This document shows positions 42,391 through 55,275 of a stretch of DNA of 64,000 nucleotides, piece after piece. Source of the stretch: Chiloscyllium plagiosum. Its lineage: Eukaryota. The notes beneath the pieces are model-generated. The model saw only the letters and a program-made list of their open reading frames with translations, made no database searches and was not told where the DNA came from. The stretch spans positions 2,668,776-2,732,775 of the forward strand of contig NC_057756.1 of the NCBI RefSeq assembly GCF_004010195.1, given 5' to 3'. Each line of letters starts with the position of its first letter. Positions within the stretch are counted from its first letter, which is position 1. A program made the translations under genes and the position numbers.

Positions 42391-43464
42391 AAAATCAACG
42401 TGCAACATTCGAAAGCACACCTGTTTGAAAAAGGTAAATTTTAAAAAAAAGGTTCTTAGAGGAGAGAACGACGGCAGACAACATCACACCTAGGATCAGT
42501 GACTAAAACATAAACCTTCTTTTTTAACTAGCAGCTTCTTGTGGCGGTCAGCAAAAGGAAACCAACCTAGAAAAAACACTGAGTTGGGAGATATGGTATC
42601 TCCCCCGACATGGAAAAATTATTTGTAAAAATAAAAAAAACTGTAATTAGTTTTGCCTGATGTTTGCCTGGGTAGTAACTTTTACCGATAATCAGCGTAT
42701 CCTAACATCAGAAAAATCGGAACACCTACCTTTTACAACTCATTTTTTGAGAATAGTATAGAAACGATAACCTTCTTAAAGGTGCAGCATCGTGACAATA
42801 AGCAGCAGAATTAAAAGTTACGGTAATTCTCGTCAATAAACACAATCAATGACAAATTTATTGACTCATATGAATACTGACATTAATACGTTTGGGGATT
42901 CACGATGCATACAAAACATTTCTACATTCAAAATTTACCATCCAGTAAATCCATCCATTTCTTGGCAAGCGAAAACACAAGAGATCCCTCGGACATGCAA
43001 AGGCACGCAATCTCGTCCTCTACCTTACTCGAATTCAGCTTTTCAAGTAAGCAAACAACGCAAGTGGTAATGACCAAGATCTTTTGCCTGGAGTAGGGTA
43101 GTCTTGAACCAGAGGGCAAAGGACTAACGTGATATGGAAAGATTTAAATGGGACCGAAGGGGCACCGTTTTCACGCAGTTTGTTGCATGTGTGGAATGAG
43201 CTGCTAGAGAAAGTGGTGAAGTAACAATTATAAGTTTTAAAAGGAATGTGAATGGGTATGTGAATAGGAAGCATTGAATTGATATGGGCCAAATTGCGGC
43301 AAAAGAGACCCGATTAGTTTAGGATTTCTGATTCACGTATACAATGTGGATGCAATTATCTGTTTCCATGCTGTACATCTGCATGTTTCTCGGACACTTA
43401 TTACCTGTTAGCTTTTATCCGTACACCACCATTTGAATAATCTCTTTCCTCATTATCAAAACGA

Positions 43465-44990
43465 CTCTTAGAGTCATAGAGTCACAGAGAAGTACAGCAC
43501 AGAAACACACCCATCGGTCCAACTCATTCTTGTCGACCACATATCCCAACCTAACTTTGTCCCATTTGCCAGCACTTGGCCCATATCCATCTAAACTCTT
43601 CCTATTCATATACCCATGCAGATGCCTTTATAAATGTTGCAATTTTACAAGCCTCCACACCATGTTCTGACAACTCAAACCATACACGCGGCATCTGCTG
43701 CGTGAGGATGTTGCCCCTTCGGTCCTTTGTATATTTACCTCTCACCATAAACCTATGCCCTCTATTTCTGGACTCTCCCACCCCAGGAAACACATATTGA
43801 CTATTTACACTATTCGTGTCCCTCATGAATGTAGAAACCTCGACGAGGGCATCCCTTCGACTCAGATTCTTGCCGAAAACAACCCAGACTATCAGCCTCT
43901 CTCCACGGGTCATTTCGTCCAACCTTGGCAACATCCTTGTAAATGGTTGTGAACTTTGTTTTAAAAAAAACAACATTTTTCGAATTGGACATGGACCAGA
44001 TTTGCCAGCAATATTGCAAAGGTGGCCTAACTAACTTCTTGTACAGCCGCAAGATGATCTCTCAGATCCTATACTCAGTGCCCTGACAAATAAAGGAACG
44101 TATCCCAAAAGCCTTTTCACTATCCTATCAACCAGCGTCTCCACTTTCAAGGAGTTATGCATCTGCACTCCAAGGTCACTTTCTTCAGCAACATTTCCAC
44201 AAAACTTGTCATTAAGTGTATAAGTTCTGCTCTGATTTTCTTTTTCAAAATGCAGCATTTTGCATTTATTTAAATTAATCTCCATCTGCCACAACTCACC
44301 CATTTCGGGCAACATGGTGTCTCAATGGTTGGCACTGCTGCCTCACACTGCCAGGGACCCAGGTTTGATTATTGCCTCAGGCGGGTGTCTCTGTGGAGTT
44401 TGCACATCCTCCCCGTGTCTGTGTGGATTTTCTTAGGTTTGCTCTCACAATCCAAAGATGTGCAGGTCAGGTGAATTGATCATGCTAAATTGCTTTGTGT
44501 GTGTTAGTCAGGAGTAAATATTCGGTAAGGGAATAAGTCTGAGTGATAAGTCTTCATAGGCTTGGTGTGGGCTTGTTGTGTCAAATCGCCTGTTTCCATA
44601 CTGTTTTGTATCTAACCTGATCAAAATCCGATTGTAATCTGAGGTAACCCTCTTTGCTGTCCATTACACCTCCAATTTTGGTATCATCTGCAAACTTACT
44701 AATTATCCCTCCTATGTTCATATCCAAATCATTTATACAAATGACAAAAATAGTGGACCTAATACCAAATATTGTGACACTCCATTGGTCACAGGCCTAC
44801 AGTCTGAAAAACAGACATCAATCATATCTACCTCTGTCTTCTACCTTCGAGCCAGCTCTGTACCTTAATATCTAATTCTCCCTGCATTCCATAAGATCTA
44901 ATCTTGCTCACCAATCTCAGATGGGGAACCTTGTCGAACGTCTTTCCGAATTTCATATAGATCACGTCCACCGCTCCTGCCCTCATCAAT
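43465..44990 (-). mobile_element. CR1 LINE 3' 1.2 kb interrupted by a SINE
   Basis: Minus-strand RLYKKLVRPPLQYCWQIWS and WQMEINLNKCKMLHF; tail agagtcatagagtca. Confidence 0.88.
44307..44616 (+). mobile_element. HE1-like V-SINE inserted in CR1
   Basis: ggcaacatggtgtctcaatggttggcactgctgcctcac (A-box region), V-domain ctgtggagtttgcacatcctccccgtgtctg. Confidence 0.88.
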
Positions 44991-45308
44991 CCATTTTGTT
45001 CCTTTTACATGTTCGAAAAGATTTGCAATCCTCGGATTTAGCCATTGGTGAACGATTTTTTAGGCTATATTGAGATGACGTACATTCTCCGTGATCTCAC
45101 AGACAAGCATCCATGATAGTAAGTGCTGTGTAAACTGTTGTTTTTCTCCATTAACAATTCACTCGCAGTACATCTTCGTAATCAATAACATACAACGCTG
45201 TCTTGCAATCACGAGTCACCATAATTGGGATGAAAAACTACCAGGGAATTCCGATACATTTATTCAAATACATTGCATATTTGACATCCTACGATACTTG
45301 ACAGCATA

Positions 45309-45633
45309 CTATTATAGGACAAACCAAACAGAGAATAGCCAGGCAATTCCTAGAGGCATGCCACTCATCCACAGATTCAATCAATAAGCACATCGATCTG
45401 GACCCAATATACCAATCACTGCAACGAACAGCTGGAACTGACAACCGGAAGCGGCAGATTCAAACCACTACAAATGCCGGAGGAAAGATCACAGAAGCGC
45501 TTCACAGGAGGCCCCCAAGCCCTGAGGATGTCACCTAGACAGGGGACAAAACGTTTGCAAAACAAATTCCCAGCTCGGCGAACAGAACCACAACAACGAG
45601 CACCCGAGCTACAAATCTTCTCACAAATTTTGA
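45309..45633 (+). mobile_element. Penelope-like element (second family) 3' end with 13-bp target-site duplication
   Basis: IIGQTKQRIARQFLEACHSSTDSINKHIDLDPIY (GIY-YIG C-terminus-like); TSD ACTTGACAG(C/T)ATA at 45296-45308 and 45634-45646. Confidence 0.8.
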
Positions 45634-46254
45634 ACTTGACAGTATAGATACTCTATCATAATAAAGAAACAGCTGCACAATATTGCAAATCGCCAATTTT
45701 CGATTTCGAATCTAGTATCATGCAGTGATGAATAAAATATTATCATCACAGCATCCTATCTGGCAGGAACACCTTTTTCATGAAATTACCAAAGATTTTT
45801 TTTGTCTCATTCAAGCCAAATTGATGTACGTAAATGTCAACGAGTCATGTTGTATGGGGCTTCATAGGCCTGTTCTATCTCAATGCCCATCAGCATGATA
45901 TATTTTGGTATGGATGCACCAGCTGAAATTAAGCCTCCAAATTCTGACTGATACTTAATTAGGTGAAAGGAAAAGTTGCTTTCTACGACAAGGAAGCAGA
46001 ATGCATTTCGATCAAAACGATAAAACGGTAGATATAAAGACATTCTGGTCAATACAATATGGGAAAATAAAGACGATATCAATTTTTTTGTGAGAATGTA
46101 TGTTGTGATAAAGTGATGTAGAGAAAGATGACGTGCATGAATTCATTAATATGGAACTAAGTTTTCCAAATCTCTTTCAATAATGTGCATTGCGTCCAAT
46201 TTCTGATATTCTGACACAGCAGAATTTTTTTGAACTATACTTTTCCCCCTTCAG

Positions 46255-46275
46255 GTTATGCAGCGAAAGAAGCTA
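46255..46275 (+). pseudogene. Dead D-type micro-exon D4, GYAAKEA
   Basis: ttttcccccttcag|GTTATGCAGCGAAAGAAGCTA|atttca; donor lost. Confidence 0.6.
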
Positions 46276-46668
46276 ATTTCATTTATTTTTAGTGCAAAAA
46301 CTAGAATTTGCTGTGATGCAATGCTCATAATAATCCAACACAATTTCTTCTGTTTGAATTTAAATAGAAAAGTATTTAACTTGAAAACATCTTTCAGTCT
46401 CTGTGCAGTTGACAAAAGCAAGTGATTCTGGAGCTGTGTACATGATCAGGAATTGGAGTTGGATTATAAGAGAATGTAACAATTTATATGTAACTGACAT
46501 AATGATAAATTGAATTCCTGATCTGTCGTGCAATTTGCACATTTGAATACTAGATTTCGGCAATATGGGCAGTTTGCTAATATATCTCAGCCAAGCATTG
46601 CTGTCAATAAACATGTCAGAGATCCTTTAAAAATACAACGATTAATGCTTTAATAATTCGTTGTACAG

Positions 46669-46689
46669 ATATGAAGAAGTGCAAAGAAG
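46669..46689 (+). CDS. 21-nt micro-exon C4, DMKKCKE
   Basis: taattcgttgtacag|ATATGAAGAAGTGCAAAGAAG|gtgaga. Confidence 0.78.
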
Positions 46690-47002
46690 GTGAGACTTAA
46701 GAACAAAAAGAAATCTTTGGTGAGCGGACGAAAATAAATGTACTTGTCATTAAAATGATTTAAAAAATCACATAATATTCATTAATTATGTCCGACAAAG
46801 ATTATTGGTTGCACAAAGTTAGGACTCTGTTGATTAGACTAATTGAGTAGTAAATATATTTTATAATGTGCCATACTGAAACTATCATTCCATACTTTCT
46901 CGTGTGAGTAAATGTGAAATCAGAATATAAGATGGAATGCATTCGGTAAACTACCAGTGAACTGCCCAAGGAATAATTTTCACATACTATTAAAACCAGG
47001 AT

Positions 47003-47131
47003 TCGGAGATGCCGGTGTTGGACTGGGGTGTATAAAGTTAAAAATCACACAACACCAGGGTATGGTCCAACTTGTTTAATTGGAAGCACACTCGCTTTCG
47101 GAGCGATGCTCCTTCATCAGGTGATTGTCAC
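47003..47131 (-). mobile_element. 129-bp Penelope-type terminal repeat (third family) with perfect 16-bp TSD
   Basis: CTATTAAAACCAGGAT at 46987-47002 and 47132-47147; hammerhead-like motif inside. Confidence 0.8.
47089..47123 (-). ncRNA. Minimal hammerhead ribozyme-like motif, cleavage triplet apparently mutated
   Basis: Minus strand: CAC CTGATGA A GGAGC ATC GCTCC GAAA GCGA GTG; stems CAC/GTG and GGAGC/GCTCC. Confidence 0.6.
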
Positions 47132-48499
47132 CTATTAAAACCAGGATAGTCAATTTGATAACACAGGGAATATGTGTTATCAAATCTTTGTAATATGCAA
47201 ATGTATGCAGAAGTCAATCTATTCTGCAAATCTATCCGCACGCAGTTAATTTGATAGTTAGAAAAAAAGTTGTGCAATATGAATTTACAGAAATATTTAA
47301 GAAGTGCTAAAAATGAATAGCAATAACAAAAATCACATGAAAAATTCTCAAACACTTCGGACGGCTAACATCATGAATTCCACACTCAACACTACCTGTT
47401 GAATACAACGGACAAATGGCAAACCCCATCCCACAGCAGCACACATTCCAATGTCTCCTTGTCTCTGATAATCGTCTATTAACAACCTCTTGAAATCCAA
47501 ACTGAAGCAATCACAATAGGTAACCGAGTTGCTTGTGGACACAAGAAGGATTTCATGGGTCACCACATAATGTCACAAGCTCATCAGATAAATTATTCTC
47601 TTTGTTTCCAAATTGACTCGCGAGCAAATTCTAATGGTAATCTCGTCTGCAATAAAAACAATATAGAGACTCATCCAAATACGTGCCTCCAGATGCTGAG
47701 TATTTTTACATTTGACCATTTATGAAACAGCCAAGTCCTGTTACTCACCACTCAATCCACTAGGCATAAGTGATTCTACGTGCATTTTGTTTCAATGCTC
47801 TGCTTCCATTTTTGCTTTATCATCTTCGAACACTGAGCCAAATATTTGACTATCTAAACGAAAACCATTAACCACTGTATCGAGCAACAATACTAATTCC
47901 TCGTTTGCACAACTTATTCCCGACTCAGCACACTATCAGTCTACTTCTCACCCATCCAGCAAAAAATGCTCGCATCACACCAATTAAGCCAACTGTCTGG
48001 TTTCAACGTCATCCATTCTTCTTACAACTTACGTCGGCAAAGAACTGCATTCTGACGAGGCATACCAAAGGCTTACGCCTTCCTAAAGAACAGTTCATCA
48101 CCACTTCGTTTCGAAATGTCTGATCTCTGAGTATCTGTTAGGTTGACGTTTTTTTTAAAAAAATATTAAAATTTGTTTTACCTTCACCCAAAACGGATGG
48201 AAGTAGTATCAAAAAAGCGTAATTGATAATTCAGCCATTCTTTCTGATACTGTCAGCAAATGTTTGGAGCTTTGCAAATGCGTGGTGATCTGAAATAAAA
48301 GGCAAATGAATGATATTTGGAATGAATCCCCTGAGTAATCATGTACTCTAATTTCTGTGGTAAATCCCATTCTGGACGCTATTCAGAGAATCTTGTTTGT
48401 TATGTTTTAAAAATATAAGTCGTGTGACAAATATTTTAGTTGCAACTGCAGTTAAGAAAGATCAATAGACCACCATATTAATTTTTATGTTACCTAAAA

Positions 48500-49097
48500 T
48501 ACGTGGTATAGTGGACAGTGAAGAGAGTTATCTTAGAGTTCTACATGATCTGGCTAAGCAGGGCTAACGTGCCAATTATTAGATGTTCAATGTAGATATA
48601 GTCCAGGAGTTCTGTTTTTGGAAGACGAATTGTTTCGGGAATTATCCAGTTAATTGTAGGCCACGGAGAGTCTTGGTGAGATAAGAGGTCGATGGATTCT
48701 TTGAAAGTGGCTACATAGTTTGACAAGATGGTGAAGAAGAGATTTGGCCTTCCTGGTTTCATTGATCAAGTATTAAATATAAGATTCGGGAAGACATTGG
48801 CGGAGCCATACTTGGAGCACTGCATACTGTCCTGCTGTAGGAACGAAGTTATTAAAATGGAAAGTATGCAGAAAAATAAATCTAATGTTTATAAGACGTC
48901 TACAGTGCATAAGTTATGAGCAAAGGTATGATTGGGTAGGATGTATTCTCTAGAAGGTGGAAGGTTGAGTGGTGACTACATACACAGTTACAAATCCAAG
49001 ATGGAATAGATAAGGTAACTAATAAAGGTGTTTTCACCAGCGTGCAGTAGCGCTGAACAAAAACAAAAACATTTAAGTTGAGAGGGAAAAGTGGAGA
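48500..49097 (+). mobile_element. Old CR1 fragment, first of two local copies (second at 50660-51520)
   Basis: gtggtatagtggacagtgaag...cttggagcactgca. Confidence 0.7.
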
Positions 49098-49432
49098 TTG
49101 GAGCGTGTCAACCACCTGGGAGTCGTCATCCACAACAAGCTTTCTAGGACTCTTCATGTAGGAGTACTGGATACGAACGCTCCACAATGTCTGTTCTTCC
49201 TCAGGCAGCTGAGGAAATTTAGGATGATGACTAATGCCCTTGTCAGCTTTCATAGCTATCGAGAGCATTCTGTCTGGATGTATCAATACCTGGTATGGCA
49301 ACTGTAACAGTCAAGATCGGACACAGTTACAGAGAGTGATTAACTCAGCCCGGATAATCACAAAGGTCAGCCTCCTATCTATAGAATCCATCTACCAGGC
49401 CCGCTGTCAAGGAAAGGACGCCAGCATTCTCT
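49098..49432 (+). mobile_element. Rex1/Babar-type LINE RT C-terminal fragment
   Basis: HLGVVIHNKLS...CLFFLRQLRKF then, after a frameshift, IESILSGCINTWYGNCNSQDRTQLQRVINSARIIT. Confidence 0.8.
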
Positions 49433-50659
49433 TAGTTATTGCTCTATCATGTTGTTCCGAAATGCATTCCCTACAAATGACCGAATACAACTTTTTTATT
49501 TAAAGTTTCTTATGTCTCAGCTGGAAGTTCGTAACGTGATTTTTGCTAGGGCATTCATAACGCTGAGAAAAATCGTCGGAGAATCGACTTATAACACTCA
49601 CCAAAACCGAGTCAAAAACATTTATGTCAATGAGTCTGGCTTGGCTGCCAGCACAAGAAGAATTTTGTGAAGCACCAGAGACAGATGCAGACGAAAAATC
49701 ATATTACTCAGGTTCTTTCTACACTAACACCTCAGCAACTACTCACTTAACACACTTATCAAAACGGTTAAAGAGAGGCTCACCCACCCTCTTACAAAAA
49801 AAGGTGTTCAGTGGTCTTTCGCTTTAGTGTTTATGAAATTGGCAATCCGGATGTTCACTACACCAACAATCTGACGTAAATACATGTAGGTATATTTTGT
49901 TTACATCTACCACAGCCACTTCCAGTTTATCATCTTCAAACACTGAGCACATCATTTCATTTCCAACGCCGATGCACTACCCACAGTACACAGCATCTAT
50001 ACTGATTTTTCTCCTGCAACACCTAACTCTTACACAGCACACTGCTCAGTCCTCACTCATCAGCAAACAATGCTTGCGCCTACCACCCGACGGATTAAGA
50101 CAGCTATCTCGTTTTTATATCAACTTTACTTCTGCCCATCCGCCTCGGCATTATGGAGAAATCCCGCTCGCCATGCCAACCATACAGCCATCATAGGTGT
50201 GGAACCGTTCCTTAACCAGTTAGTTTACATCCGCGTCTCTCAGTTTCTTTAACGATGATTTTAAAAGAAAAAGAAATCTGTTTTACGTTCATGCACAATA
50301 TAGCAAAGAACAATTGAAAAGCATATGTTGGTTGTTTGAACATTCTATCTCATCATGAATGCAAATGTGTTCCATTTGGGATGCGATCTGATTTGGACGA
50401 GCAAGCAATGACACTACAAATGAATCCAAGGCAGCATGTACTATACTCTTGATATGACTTCTAATTTTGAACGCTATCCAGAGAATTTTACTTTAAAAAT
50501 ATATATGTATTGTGTCAATGTTTATCCATGCAGGAAATAATGAAATCAGTTTCAGTAGGTTAGCAATTTCAATATATCATTTAAGTTGCAGTGCAAGGGG
50601 AGTTAAGAAATAATTAACACACCAAATGATTCATTTTCTATTAAATGAAATTGATGTAA

Positions 50660-51520
50660 TCGTAGGCAGTGAAGAAACTAATCCCAGAGTATAAAGGGAT
50701 CTTAATGTGTGCTGCCAATGGGCTGACATTTGTGGATAAGATTCAATTTAAGTAAATTCAAAGAGTTGCATGTCTGTAAGAAAAACCATGTCATGACATA
50801 CGCAGTGAATGATACGTCCTGAGGAGTGTTCAACAGAGAAGATTGATGTACACAGTTTTTTGAAAGTGGCGTCAAAGATTGAGGGTGAAGAAAGCATGTG
50901 GGACACTTGCCTTCATTGTTTAGTGCATTTTGTAAAGCGTTTGGCAAGACATTGGCGGGGCCATATTTGGAACAGTGCGTCTAACCCTGCTGTGTCATTA
51001 CATTGGCAAGTGTGCATTAAAAGAAAAATTGCAAGAGTGCGACTGGTACTGGAATATTATTGATACTGGCGTGTTAGAGTTATGATGAGATGTTGAATCG
51101 GCTAGTATTTGTTCCCTGGAAAGTAAAACTTTGAGGGGTGAGAATCTGCATGGTTGTAAATTCATGAGTTAAATAGATACGTTAAGTAGCCATAATCATT
51201 TCCATAGGTTAGAGGGGATAAATACGAGAAGCCAAGGGTTCAAATTGAGAGAGGAAACGTTGAAAAAAAAAACATAAATGGCAGGATTCTCACACAGCAT
51301 GCTTATTTTACTGAGGATGAAATGTTATCGAAAGTAACAGAGGCTGGTAGAAAATAATATTTAAAATAAGTTATGGCAACTGTATGAATAAGAAATCTTT
51401 AGAGGGAGAGCAGTCAAACGCAGGAAAATTGGATTAGTTTAGTTTGATAAAGTTTGTTGGCATGGACAAGCTAAACCAACGTATATTTTTTATTTGCTGC
51501 ATGTCTCCAGAATTCTACGA
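50660..51520 (+). mobile_element. Old CR1 fragment upstream of exon A4
   Basis: Homologous to 23810-24830. Confidence 0.7.
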
Positions 51521-51602
51521 TTCTATATTGATCAATAAGAACTCAGCAATTGAACTTGTTTCGATGTATCATTTTATTCACTGTCCAATTTCACGGTTAC
51601 AG

Positions 51603-51623
51603 ATCTCACAAACAAAAAAATTG
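51603..51623 (+). CDS. 21-nt micro-exon A4, DLTNKKI
   Basis: tttcacggttacag|ATCTCACAAACAAAAAAATTG|gtgagg. Confidence 0.72.
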
Positions 51624-53480
51624 GTGAGGCCATTTATAATTCGACTCCTGAGACTACGTTGCAATGACCTTACTAGCCACAATGATACTGACAAGGCAAT
51701 GCCACGGAATTGTATGATGCTGTGCATGCATTGAAAATACCTGTGATACGGCATAACCTGACTTTAAATGTGGGATGAAGGAAAGAGCACAATCTCGGAT
51801 TTTGTTTTAAAATGTGAAATATAACCAATGTTATAAACATTTTCAAAAAAATACCTATACCATGTATAACTGGAATGGGATACAAATCAAATTCTTGGTA
51901 AACTGAACGGACAAAATTTTGTTTCAGAGTAGAAATGTTATTGAATTGCCTTTTCTTTGTTCCATATGTGGATTAATTGAATGGATCATGTACATCTAGC
52001 TGTAGAAGAAGAACAACAATTTTAATGTGAAGAAGAAGGGTCAAAAATGTAAAAGTGAAGGGGAAAACAACAAATCTATGATGCTAAACTTTCAAGAACG
52101 GTGGAAGATTGGGATTAAGCAGAAAATGTGAATAACAGAAAAAATGGATAAGTGAAGGAAACGTGAGACAAACAGGATATAAAAGAAAATAACATGGACG
52201 TTAGCTGACACGAAAAATACCAAAAGTGGTGAAAACAAAACTACCAAAATGGCTACACTGTTGCAAATGTTTGAATAAAAATCAACATCAGTTACTGGGG
52301 GGACAGTGATGAGATCCAAAGAAACTGAATATAATTTTCGCTTGTAGGATCTGTGAGTAGAAACAAAAGAAATGCTCGAATTCATTTTCCATAAAGTTCT
52401 GTCAATTTTGTTCTTCGAATTTTGAACATGTACGCACTATTGTTCAAATAGGTCTAACCTATCAGGTAACTTTTCAGAAATCTGTATATTAACTTTAACA
52501 ACGATGACAAAATTCATGAATCCAATAATATGAAGGAAATAAATTAATAGTTTTGGAGGCATAAGTTTCAACTGTGAGTACAAAAAGCTACTCAGAGAAT
52601 GTCAACACAAAAAGAACATGCAGAAAAGCTGCTGAACACGAAAGATAAATGTACTTGCAACTTGTAGGTTTTCAAAACTCGAAAGTATGTCAATCCTAAT
52701 TTACAAGAAAATGAAAAGTGATAACACCTAATGCAGGAAATATTAAGTAACAAGGCTGTCAAAAAGGCCATATTAATTAGTTCTTAAAGATCGTGGGATA
52801 AAGAGGCTAAATGATCTTGAGGTGAACTAAATTAAGACTTACAAACACGTCCTGCTTGTTAAAGCTGGAATGCATCTGAACATGAACTAGATGCTGTAAA
52901 ATACCCTCTCTGCGCTCCACCCCTCACTGAGGTGAAGCTACTTTCTCTGGGACGTTATTCCTATTACGTTGGCCATGGATTTGGTTGCATTTGACATTTA
53001 ATTTCTGCTTTGATTCTGCTATTGGCATATATGCCGAGCTGTTATTTTCACTTACTATCCACATCACCTTATATACATTGTTGGGAAGGTGGCTTGAAAG
53101 TAACTGTTGACAAAAACACGGCCACCATGTTCCATTTTTCCCATGCAGAAACGATCCAAACATCCTTCGAAAGTGATGACAACATTTTGACAATCACATG
53201 TACAATGCAAACACAGGTAGTGCATGGAAAGCTATTGCCAGCAATTAGTTTATATAGTAATTTTCTTGACAAAGTTGTGAATACGTCAGGTTGGTTGGCC
53301 AATCAAATCTTTGATATTAGGTTGAATTTCAGAATTTTCATACAGTGTAAAATATTAGCGATCTAATTATTGTCATTGGTAACTCTTGGACAAAGATAGG
53401 AATTTTCAAAGTTTGTGCGAAGATTTGTAGCTCGGGTGATCGTTGTTGTGGTTCTGTTCGCCGAGCTGGAAGTTTTTTTT

Positions 53481-53520
53481 GCAAACGTTTCGTCCCCTGG
53501 CTGGGCGACATCATCAGTGC
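53481..53520 (-). ncRNA. Minimal type I hammerhead ribozyme motif
   Basis: Minus strand: GCA CTGATGA T GTCGCCC AGCC AGGGGAC GAAAC GTT TGC. Confidence 0.7.
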
Positions 53521-53590
53521 TTGGGAGCCGCCTGCCAAGCGCTTCTTTGATGTTTCCTCCGGTGTTTATAGCGAGCTGGAAGTTTTTGTT

Positions 53591-53630
53591 GCAAACGTTT
53601 CGTCCGCTGGCTAGGCGACATCATCAGTGC
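53591..53630 (-). ncRNA. Minimal type I hammerhead ribozyme motif
   Basis: Minus strand: GCA CTGATGA T GTCGCCT AGCC AGCGGAC GAAAC GTT TGC. Confidence 0.68.
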
Positions 53631-53744
53631 TTGGGAGCCTCCTGCGAAGCGCTTCTTTGATGTTTCCTCCGGTGTTTATAGTGGTCCAGACAACTATAAA
53701 CACCGGAGGAAACATCAAAGAAGCGCTTCGCAGGAGGCCCCCAA

Positions 53745-53784
53745 GCACTGATGATGTGGCCTAGCCAGGGGACGAAACGTTTGC
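53745..53784 (+). ncRNA. Minimal type I hammerhead ribozyme motif
   Basis: GCA CTGATGA T GTGGCCT AGCC AGGGGAC GAAAC GTT TGC; stem II weakened. Confidence 0.62.
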
Positions 53785-55254
53785 AACAAAAACTTCCAGC
53801 TCGACGAACAGAACCACAACAAAGATAGGTATTATTTACATGCGAACATTTGGAGACCAGATATTTCCCCATAGACGCTTGTAGTGACACAGACTTTTTC
53901 ATTGCATGAGTTGTGCACAACACAGCATTTTGACAGTCTCTGGAAAAATGTCCCCTTTTTGTGGAAGGTAAAAATTTCTGAAGCAAGCTGAATAACTTAT
54001 ATTCATGTTCAGGCTTGAGACGTTACACAAGTGTAACAGTAATATAACGGCTCACAAACGAAAGAAATGCCCTTTGAAGTCCAGGCTGCACTAAATAATC
54101 AAAGATTGATGACTTTCTAAGTGTCGACACAAGAGACAACTGATATAACCTGACCTCTCACTCGACGGAATCTGCTACTTACGCCCAAAATAAATGCTAC
54201 CAAACGAGTTGCACAGACATGATTTATGTGCAAACTCCAGATATGCAATTTCAGGATACATGTGAAAGCGTCAGATGATAATACTGTGTTACGAACTCAC
54301 AACTCATTGGATGCTTGAATAAACATTCCTCAAATGAATATCTTAAAAATGAACAGCCCTACACCTCTCCCAGGTAACTATCACAACCCACCTTACAAAA
54401 TAGGCGTCATCCTCTCTCTTGGAAACCAGGGACCTGCATTTCATCAATTAATTTATTTTTAAACATTCATCCATTCCAAAACGTTTCTATAGCATATGTT
54501 CAAAAGTAACTGCGCAAAAATGTAAACTGACATTGAAATCTGCCCGTCAGCCTTGCCATTTGTTCTGTTGCCATTGTAATCACGAGTATGTTATTTGAAT
54601 CCTCGACATCAGCCTTGTTTTCCCAACAATAAAAGTTCCCTTACCCGATCATGAATCGTACATGCAATCCTTCTCCCATCACACCGCACCATTAACAAAA
54701 ACCTTTGAATACCAACAGTTAATGGAATCTTTCTTCCACAAGAGCACAATACACGGCATTCATCCAATGAGGGTCACCCCATCTCCTACACTGAACACTT
54801 AAATCTTACTTAATTGGTACAATATCTGAATTCTGCCTGCATGTGCACATGGAACACTTGGCAAGATAAATCGTTCAAACAATTGGTGTTTGAAGACTCT
54901 TAACCCACATTTATCAAACAACAACTGAATACTGTTAACCATACGCAGCAACGATCAATATGACAGGGAGTTTGATTAAACAATGTGCATTGATTGCATT
55001 ATGCAGGAAATTGTCATTGATCCTTCTGTTAATTCATTAGATCATCATAATCTGATACAGACGTTTTTCTTGTTTGCTAGGATTGTGTTAGATCACGAAA
55101 TGAAAGACAGCATCCAAATATTGCGAGATTATGTTTCCAGAAAGTTAGCAAAAGTTGTGAAGTATAATCCATATTGCTTTTACGGTGCAGGATTAATTCG
55201 AAATCTAACAATGATTCTTTACATATTTGCATTTTTATCTGTTGTGTCTTACAG

Positions 55255-55275
55255 ACTTCAGAAAATGTCCAAAAG
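55255..55275 (+). CDS. 21-nt micro-exon B5, DFRKCPK
   Basis: gttgtgtcttacag|ACTTCAGAAAATGTCCAAAAG|gtgaga; canonical sites but encodes a proline. Confidence 0.65.

Larger units (their letters stand above)
53405..53819. mobile_element. Penelope terminal-repeat-only insertion: two tandem minus copies and one inverted plus copy, 14-bp TSD
   Basis: 110-bp period repeat (53463/53573), fold-back centred near 53687; TSD CAAAGATAGG(A/T)ATT at 53391-53404 and 53820-53833; same family as 45309-45633. Confidence 0.88.

Noticed and set aside
36188..45560. Further functional hammerheads near 36190, 39780, 40942, 42005, 42350 and 45520
   Set aside because: Each has a core or cleavage-site mutation (TTGATGA, CTAATGA, CAAAAG, GAT triplet, CTGGTGA, AAAAC), so they are probably inactive relics.
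53463..53690. CRISPR-like or satellite array
   Set aside because: Only two direct copies and no spacers; sequence matches a Penelope terminal repeat in a eukaryotic context.
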